From: Candidatus Aminicenantes bacterium
Lineage (GTDB): Bacteria > Acidobacteriota > Aminicenantia > Aminicenantales > UBA4085
Length of the DNA stretch: 64,000 nucleotides
Direction of reading: 5' to 3'
Assembly (NCBI GenBank): GCA_017883285.1
Contig: JADGNV010000098.1
Location: forward strand, 244-64,243
The first letter of the stretch is position 1. Every line of letters begins with the position of its first letter. Shown piece by piece: positions 44,475 through 50,914 of this stretch. The notes beneath the pieces are model-generated. The model was not told where the DNA came from, did no database searches, and was given only the letters and a program-made list of their open reading frames with translations. Both the position numbers and the translations under genes were made by a program.

Positions 44475-44516
44475 TTCCCGGACGAATCCCCCGAAAATGA
44501 GGGGGACGAATGGGAA
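44475..44516 (-). promoter_or_regulatory. 5'-UTR stem-loop of the REC-RAM/NuoEF operon
   Basis: On the minus strand it reads TTCCC-attcgt-CCCCC-tcattttc-GGGGG-attcgtcc-GGGAA. It lies between the predicted -10 box and the RBS. Confidence 0.4.
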
Positions 44517-44545
44517 ATTATACGCCGCGCCCGGCGGGTGGTCAA
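44517..44545 (-). promoter_or_regulatory. Consensus sigma70 promoter of the REC-RAM/NuoEF operon
   Basis: On the minus strand it reads TTGACC (44545-44540), 17-nt spacer, TATAAT (44522-44517). Confidence 0.55.
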
Positions 44546-44634
44546 TGACCGCTCCAGGGAATAAATTGACAGCGCCGTTCGGCTGCCTGTATCCTTTTGC
44601 CGGCGCGGCGAGTTATGACTGACAGGGAGGCGCC

Positions 44635-46353
44635 ATGAAGAGATTTCCGTCCGTTTTGTTGGTGATCATCGGTCTGGTCGGACTGAACCCTGCGGCGGCG
44701 CAGGCGCCGGCCGCCCCCTCCGGCGATGCGGAGCTCGCCCGTTCCATCGAGCGCTATATGCAGAAGGCCGTGGCCAACGGCTTCGCCGGCTCGGTGCTGG
44801 CCGCCCGGGGAGACGCGGTCATCCTGGCCAAGGGCTATGGCTTCGCCGATCGTGAAAACAAGATCGCGGAGACGGCCGATACGGTTTTTTCCGTCGGATC
44901 GATCACCAAGCAGTTCACCGGGGCCGCCATTCTCAAGCTGGAGATGGCGGGCAAGCTAAACGTCGAGGACACGCTGGCCAAATATATCGAAGGCGTCCCC
45001 GACGACAAGAAAAGCATCACGCTCCATCACCTGCTGACCCACACCGCGGGGTTCATCGACGCCTTGGGCGACGATTATGAGCCCATCGGCCGGGACGAGT
45101 TCATCAAGAGGGCCATGGGGTCGAAGCTCCAATTTCCGCCGGGCGCGAGGTACTCCTATTCCAATGTCGGCTTCAGCCTGTTGGGGATCGTCGTCGAGCT
45201 CGTCTCCGGGAAGAATTATGAGGACTATCTGGCCGAGGCGCTTTTCCGTCCGGCGGGCATGACCCGGACCGGCTATCTCCGCCCCGGCTTCGCCAAAGGC
45301 GACCTGGCCGTCGGCTACCGGGACGGCGAGCGGTGGGGGACGGCGATGGATCGCCCCTGGATGTCCGATGGGCCGGGGTGGCATCTGCGGGCCAACGGCG
45401 GCATCCTTTCCACGCTCGGGGACATGCGCCGCTGGGTCCGGGCTCTGCAGACGGACACCGTGCTGAACGAAGCGGCCCGCAAGGAGTATTTCGCTCCGCA
45501 CGTTCGGGAATACCCGGAGGGGAATACGTATTACGGCTACGGCTGGGTGACGGAAAAAACCCCGCGCGGCACGACCCTCGTCTGGCACAACGGCGGCAAC
45601 GGGATTTATAACGCCTATGCGGGCTTCGAGCCCGAAAACGGCGTCGTCGTCATCGTTTCGAGCAACATCGCCGGCAAGATTTCCGATACCTACGCGGAGA
45701 GGATCCGCAGGATCATCTTTGGCGAATACAAAGCGCTCGACGAAGGGCGGCTCGCGGGCTATACGGGGACCTATCGGCTTGCAACCGGCGCCGAGATCGA
45801 GGTGAGCTTCGACGAAAACGACATGCTGACGGCGGTCTACAAGGCGGCGGAACTCGTCGGTCCATTGGCCGCGTCCGGCCGGGAAAACCGGGCCGAAACC
45901 GAACGATTCGACCGCAAAACCAAGGACATGGTGAGCGGCGCGCTGGCCGGCGATTTCAAAGCCCTGGCGGCAGCCTGGGACGAGCCGTTCGAGCAAGTCC
46001 AAGCCCGAGCGTCCGTCTACTGGGGCGGGAAAATTACGAGGTTCGGCGAGGTCACGGCCATCGGGATTCTCGGGACGGTCGACCGGCCGCGAAATTTCCT
46101 GACCTACGCCCGGATCGATTTCGCCCGGAAGACGCAGTTTCTGACCTGCGTTTGGGAAAAAGACGGCGGCCGCCTCACGGACCTGCGGGAATCGGACGGC
46201 CTGGAGCGCCAATTCGAGCCCCGGTCCGACGAGGAGTTTGTCTCTCCTCCGATCGGAGCTTCGATCGTTTTCCGCAAGGAGCCGACCGGCCCGGTAGTCA
46301 TGATCATCAAAAAGGGCGAAAAAGAATTGCGAGCCGTGAAAGCGGGAAAATAG
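44635..46353 (+). CDS. Beta-lactamase-family serine hydrolase (class C/PBP-like), secreted
   Basis: 572 aa with a signal peptide, the S-x-x-K motif SVGSITKQ and YSNVGF. Confidence 0.85.
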   Translation: MKRFPSVLLVIIGLVGLNPAAAQAPAAPSGDAELARSIERYMQKAVANGFAGSVLAARGDAVILAKGYGFADRENKIAETADTVFSVGSITKQFTGAAILKLEMAGKLNVEDTLAKYIEGVPDDKKSITLHHLLTHTAGFIDALGDDYEPIGRDEFIKRAMGSKLQFPPGARYSYSNVGFSLLGIVVELVSGKNYEDYLAEALFRPAGMTRTGYLRPGFAKGDLAVGYRDGERWGTAMDRPWMSDGPGWHLRANGGILSTLGDMRRWVRALQTDTVLNEAARKEYFAPHVREYPEGNTYYGYGWVTEKTPRGTTLVWHNGGNGIYNAYAGFEPENGVVVIVSSNIAGKISDTYAERIRRIIFGEYKALDEGRLAGYTGTYRLATGAEIEVSFDENDMLTAVYKAAELVGPLAASGRENRAETERFDRKTKDMVSGALAGDFKALAAAWDEPFEQVQARASVYWGGKITRFGEVTAIGILGTVDRPRNFLTYARIDFARKTQFLTCVWEKDGGRLTDLRESDGLERQFEPRSDEEFVSPPIGASIVFRKEPTGPVVMIIKKGEKELRAVKAGK

Positions 46354-46505
46354 GGAATCGGGCGCCGGTCGGCGTCCGGAGGCGGAGTCGGAAACGCCGT
46401 TCAATTATACGGTGAGGTTGAAGGGGGCTTGAGTCGAGCGTTTTATTGTGGTATCTCCATCCTCAGACTTATTATTTCATCGGATTCCGATAGAGGAGGG
46501 GAGAA

Positions 46506-47021
46506 ATGAAAAGTAAAACGCTCATCGGTTTGGTGTTTGCGGCGTTTGTTCTGGCCGGCCTGTTTGCCGCCTGCGGGAAGGGCGGGGACGGAGGCGCGAA
46601 AGCGGCCGCCACGACGCCCATCGACGACTTGATCAAAGCCGGCAAGCCGCCGGTCGTCGTGGGCAATCTTTTCCGGGGGATAAGCCCCATCGCCCCGACG
46701 TTCACCATCTCGGTGACGAACGTGTGCGACAGCCCCATTTCCCTGATCCAGGGTGTCGTCATGTTTTTCGGCGAGAACGGGGCGTTCCTGCCCGACTCCA
46801 AAAAAGACATGGGCTACGGCGAGCTCTCGCCCATCAAGCCCGGCGAGAAGATCGAGCTCTCGACGATGACCCAAGACGAGAAAGCGATCAGCGGCAAGTG
46901 GATCATCAAAGAGGTTGTCTATGAAAAGCCGAGCCCCCTCAAGAACATGGGCTCGATCATGATGAAGTGGATGAACCCCAACTTCGACGCGGAGGTCGCG
47001 GCCGCGGAGGCGAAGAAGTAA
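46506..47021 (+). CDS. Lipoprotein, unknown function
   Basis: 171 aa with the lipobox LFAAC and the RBS GAGGAGGGG. Confidence 0.7.
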   Translation: MKSKTLIGLVFAAFVLAGLFAACGKGGDGGAKAAATTPIDDLIKAGKPPVVVGNLFRGISPIAPTFTISVTNVCDSPISLIQGVVMFFGENGAFLPDSKKDMGYGELSPIKPGEKIELSTMTQDEKAISGKWIIKEVVYEKPSPLKNMGSIMMKWMNPNFDAEVAAAEAKK

Positions 47022-47207
47022 TGCCGGAATCGATCTCGCCGGTACGTCGCCTCGGTCGTCTGCCTGCCCACGAGCCTTTACGCCGCGATCTCCGAATAGC
47101 GGACATAACTAGGCCCGCCGATCCGCCCGGGCTCCGGGCCTTACCCGGCCTCTCGATTGACTTGGTTATTTATCCTGGACTAAGCTTACCCGTAAAGGGG
47201 AGAGACT

Positions 47208-47342
47208 ATGACGTTAAAAAACATCTTTGTTCTTTTCGCTCTCATGTTCATATTTTTACTGGTGGGGGGCCGTCAATGGCTTTACGTTACGCTTGAGAAG
47301 CTATGGGGCGATCCAAAAGATTTAGGAAAGATCCTCCCCTGA
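47208..47342 (+). CDS. Small hydrophobic ORF (44 aa)
   Basis: My translation: MTLKNIFVLFALMFIFLLVGGRQWLYVTLEKLWGDPKDLGKILP*. GGGGAGAG lies upstream. It is below the ORF-track size cutoff and sits in the AT-rich islet. Confidence 0.35.
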   Translation: MTLKNIFVLFALMFIFLLVGGRQWLYVTLEKLWGDPKDLGKILP

Positions 47343-47343
47343 A

Positions 47344-47520
47344 TTATATCTTCTCAACAGTGATTTTTACTTTGTCGCCCTTTTTCAGGTCTTCTAAGGG
47401 CTTGAATGTGATTTCCTTCATCTTTTCTGCATAACTGACTTTTAGTGAAACCTTCATGTCCTCTGTCTTCTTGGCATCACCAGTCATTTCAGATGTGCCT
47501 TCACCAATTTTTACTGTCAT
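47344..47520 (-). CDS. Small Lys/Glu-rich ORF (58 aa), unknown function
   Basis: My translation: MTVKIGEGTSEMTGDAKKTEDMKVSLKVSYAEKMKEITFKPLEDLKKGDKVKITVEKI*. AAGGAG lies 9 nt upstream and a consensus promoter lies further upstream. G+C looks well under 45%. Confidence 0.5.
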   Translation of the reverse strand: MTVKIGEGTSEMTGDAKKTEDMKVSLKVSYAEKMKEITFKPLEDLKKGDKVKITVEKI

Positions 47521-47569
47521 TTTAGAGGTCTCCTTTTCTTGTTAGTCAATCGAGCCCCTCACCTAGCTT

Positions 47570-47597
47570 ATTATATTCCTTTGGTAGGTAAGGTCAA
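47570..47597 (-). promoter_or_regulatory. Consensus sigma70 promoter for the 58-aa ORF
   Basis: On the minus strand it reads TTGACC (47597-47592), 16-nt spacer, TATAAT (47575-47570). Confidence 0.5.
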
Positions 47598-47663
47598 GGG
47601 ATCCTTCCGAGGAAGAAGAACGGCTCCAACGAACAATGAAACGAGAATCGGGCGGCGAAGAAC

Positions 47664-47867
47664 ATGTTTCTCTTTAGCATCGTGATCGGCGGCGTGTTTT
47701 CGACGCTGGCGGCGCTCTGCGCCTTCGTGATCACGTATGGAGAATACCTGAAGCACTACCCGGACAAGCGGAGGCCTTTCATCATGGCCGCGAAGATCTC
47801 GCTGGCCGCCTTCGCCTTCTTCATGGTCGTGTCGGTGCTGCTGATATCCGTGGTCATGAAGTTCTAG
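47664..47867 (+). CDS. Small two-TM membrane protein
   Basis: 67 aa with two hydrophobic helices separated by YGEYLKHYPDKRRP. Confidence 0.5.
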   Translation: MFLFSIVIGGVFSTLAALCAFVITYGEYLKHYPDKRRPFIMAAKISLAAFAFFMVVSVLLISVVMKF

Positions 47868-47873
47868 AGGCGA

Positions 47874-48511
47874 ATGCCTGTTGGCATCGAATTCAAATTA
47901 ATAGGGGCGGCCGGCCCGAAGGAGACGGCCAGCTCCTCCGCCGGCCTCGCCATGTCCGTAAACAGCGAATACTGGATCGGGGACGTGTTCGGCGCCGCCG
48001 GATTCCTCATCCTTCTCGGTTTCATTTTCGGAGGCATGTACTTTTTCGTCGTCCAACGCGAGAAGGCCTATGTCCTTTTGGGTCTCGAAAAGGAAAAGAC
48101 CGAGGCGCTCCTCCGGAGGATCGAGAAGGACCTGAGCCAGGCGGCGACTATTACGATTTCATCCCCATCGACGCCGACCGGCTGGGCGTGGTCCGGAGAT
48201 CCGGCGAGCTTAAGGCCCTCGGCACGTCGGGCTTCATCCTGGGCATGTTCCCCGGCGTGGCTTTCGAACCCGGGACTGTCCGCCTCGAGGCGGGCGACAC
48301 CGCCGTCCTGTTCACGGACGGAATTCCGGAGGCGAGGAACGGGGACGGGTAGGATTATACCGAAGAAAGATTTCGCGATCTGGTCACAAGCGGTCGAAAC
48401 CTTCCGGCCGCCGGTCTCTGCCGGAAGATCCTCGAGGATGTCCATTCCTTCGCCGCGTCCGGGCAGCCATGCGACGAGATCACCGTCGTGGTCGTGAAAA
48501 AGGAGGTTTAG
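47874..48511 (+). pseudogene. Decayed PP2C/SpoIIE-family (RsbU-like) phosphatase gene
   Basis: Frame 1 gives a TM segment plus a linker (...LEKEKTEALLRRIEKDLSQAA). The recognisable phosphatase parts are in another frame: PGGDYYDFIPIDADRLGVV, then directly ...LGTSGFILGMFPG...LEAGDTAVLFTDGIPEARNGDG*DYTEERF...CDEITVVVVKKEV*. So the gene has a frameshift and an in-frame TAG at 48350-48352. About 150 residues expected between GGDYYD and the TDG motif are missing. Confidence 0.65.
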
Positions 48512-48590
48512 CACGGAAGGCGCCGAAGTATTGTGTCCCTCCGACAATTATGGTATTTCCATTCTCGAGGAATTCTTTCCAAGGGACCCC

Positions 48591-49460
48591 ATGAAAACCA
48601 TGAGAATCGCAATGATCGCGGCGATCGTCTTCACCGGCGCGGCCGCTCTCTCCTGCGCCCAATTCCCGGCCGCCCATTTCGACGGGAAGCGGGCGCTGGC
48701 CGACGTCAAGGCCCAGATGGACATGGGCCCGCGCACCATGGACAGCCCGGCCCACGTCAAGATCGTGGACTGGATACAGGCCAGTCTAAAGAGCGCCGGC
48801 TGGACCGCGGAAATCCAGGAAGCGTCGAAGGGCGCGATCAAGATCCGGAACATCGTCGGCCGCCGGGGCCAGGGCCGCCCCTGGGTGATCCTGGGCGCGC
48901 ACTACGATTCGCGGTTCCTGTCCGACCAGGACCCCGACCCGGCGAAGCGGGCCCTCCCGGTGCCCGGGGCGAACGACGGGGCCTCCGGCGTCGCGGTGCT
49001 CCTCGAGCTCGCCCGCGTCCTGCCCAAGGACCTGAACAAGCAGGTCGAACTGCTGTTCATCGACGCCGAGGACAACGGGAACATTCCGGGCTGGGACTGG
49101 TGCCTCGGCTCGAAGGCCTTCGCCGCGGAGATCAAGGAGAAGCCCGATTCCGTGGTCATCGTGGACATGATCGGGGACGCGGACCTGAACATCTACCGCG
49201 AGGGGTTCTCCGACCAGAAGCTCACGAGCGAGATCTGGAAGACCGCCGCCCGCCTGAAATTCCCCCAATTCATCAACGAGCCCAAGTACCAGATGGACGA
49301 CGACCATCTGCCCTTCATCGAACGGGGGATCACGGCCATCGACATAATCGATTTCGATTACCCCTACTGGCACACGACCGGGGACACGCTGGACAAGGTC
49401 TCGGCCGAGAGCTTAAGGGCGGTGGGGGAGACGCTGCTGGCGTGGTTGACAGGGAGATAA
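48591..49460 (+). CDS. M28-family metallopeptidase / glutaminyl-cyclase-like, secreted
   Basis: The start is at MKTMRIAMIAAIVF. It has LGAHYDS, GANDGASGVA, FIDAEDNG and DDHLPF. Confidence 0.85.
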   Translation: MKTMRIAMIAAIVFTGAAALSCAQFPAAHFDGKRALADVKAQMDMGPRTMDSPAHVKIVDWIQASLKSAGWTAEIQEASKGAIKIRNIVGRRGQGRPWVILGAHYDSRFLSDQDPDPAKRALPVPGANDGASGVAVLLELARVLPKDLNKQVELLFIDAEDNGNIPGWDWCLGSKAFAAEIKEKPDSVVIVDMIGDADLNIYREGFSDQKLTSEIWKTAARLKFPQFINEPKYQMDDDHLPFIERGITAIDIIDFDYPYWHTTGDTLDKVSAESLRAVGETLLAWLTGR

Positions 49461-49520
49461 TCTAGCGGAGTTCAGGGCATGCCCGTTCATCGGCTTTCTT
49501 AAATTTCCGGGATAGGAAGC

Positions 49521-50246
49521 TTACTTTTTGAGCTTGAAGGCCGCCAACCTTGATTCCATCTTTGTATCCATCCTCAAGGTGCCTATAACCATCCAGTAAT
49601 ACAATTTATCATTTTCCAGGGAATCGAAAATTTCTTTCGGTATCGCAACCCGGCTTTTCGTCAGCAACGAACTCTGCCAAATCTGGCGGAGCGAATCGTC
49701 GTAGATTTCGATGATGTAGCTATCGAAGGACTCTCCCGATTTCCATTTGAATTCGAGACTCTGCTTTCTTTTCGATTCGTCAAGAGGATTTTGAAGTTCG
49801 ATTTCAACCGGCTGGTTCCCCCGGGTCACATCCGGGATCGAAGGGGCCTTTGGGTGTCTCATCAAGAGCATAGCGAGAACCAGGGATAAAACTGCGACCC
49901 CGGAAAAGACCAGGCCATATTTCCATTTGAATTGGAGACGCCGAAATGGGCTTGGGCGGATGGCCGTGGATTTCGGCGGCTCTGGTTCGGCACCTATGAG
50001 ATTGCCGATATCGGCAATGAGCGCGTTTTTAGATCTTTCTGTTTCCAAGAACAGCTCGAATTCCTGGGCGCACGCGATGCAATGCGTCATGTGGTCAATC
50101 AGCTTGCCTTTGGATGAGTGAGACAGCCGGCCTCCGAAGAAGTCTTTCCATCTCTTCTCAATGATGCAATGATCTGAAGAAGAGGGCATCTGCTCTCGGA
50201 CATAATCGCGATAGAGCGTCTTCAGATCACTTTGCGTTATTTTCAT
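49521..50246 (-). CDS. Anti-sigma factor (zf-HC2-like, single TM)
   Basis: 241 aa with HMTHCIACAQEF and the TM segment YGLVFSGVAVLSLVLAMLL. It overlaps the sigma gene end by 20 nt. Confidence 0.7.
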   Translation of the reverse strand: MKITQSDLKTLYRDYVREQMPSSSDHCIIEKRWKDFFGGRLSHSSKGKLIDHMTHCIACAQEFELFLETERSKNALIADIGNLIGAEPEPPKSTAIRPSPFRRLQFKWKYGLVFSGVAVLSLVLAMLLMRHPKAPSIPDVTRGNQPVEIELQNPLDESKRKQSLEFKWKSGESFDSYIIEIYDDSLRQIWQSSLLTKSRVAIPKEIFDSLENDKLYYWMVIGTLRMDTKMESRLAAFKLKK

Positions 50247-50778
50247 AATCGATGTTCTTTTCTTTGAGGATTTTCTTCAGATCGTTCAATCCTCGGTAGA
50301 GCAGATTACGGGTCTTGTCCTTGCTCCAGTGGAAATACAGGGATATCTCTTCGATGCTCATGTTCAGGAGATAGAGTTTCACGACTCTTCGGCGGGATTC
50401 GATCAGGCCGTCTACGGCCTTGCCCACCAGGTCTTTGATATCCATCTCGTCATAGAGCGCCTCCTTAGAGTGGCTTTGATGGCTTTCCGAGATTTTCCTG
50501 TTCTTTTCGAATAAATAGATGCCCTCCTCTCTCTTGAGCTTGCGAAATTGATCGATGACCGAGGAATCCACGATTTTCTTAATATAAGACGAGTAATTCT
50601 CTATTTTTTTCTCATGATGGAGGATTTTCCAGATTTTTATTTTCACGTCCTGGATTACGTCGTCGATTTCGATTCCGAATTTGGTGGGATTGTATTTTTG
50701 GATGCCGGCCTTGATGTAGCTCGAGAAGCGATCAATGATATCGGCCAGTTCTTTGTCCTTCTTCTCGTCCCATGTCAT
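50227..50778 (-). CDS. ECF-type sigma-70 family factor
   Basis: 183 aa. Region 2-like: DDVIQDVKIKIWK. Region 4-like: MSIEEISLYFHWSKDKTRNLLYRGL. G+C is roughly 40%. Confidence 0.88.
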   Translation of the reverse strand: MTWDEKKDKELADIIDRFSSYIKAGIQKYNPTKFGIEIDDVIQDVKIKIWKILHHEKKIENYSSYIKKIVDSSVIDQFRKLKREEGIYLFEKNRKISESHQSHSKEALYDEMDIKDLVGKAVDGLIESRRRVVKLYLLNMSIEEISLYFHWSKDKTRNLLYRGLNDLKKILKEKNIDYENNAK

Positions 50779-50914
50779 CGGATCGACCTAAATGAGTGAA
50801 AGAACATCCTATTGGAAGTCCCATTGAGATAGATGGTGGTTTTCCAAATTATTCTCAGTCAGGACCTATTTATTTTCTTTATGTAATCCAGAAGTGGACC
50901 TAAAGGTGAAAAAG

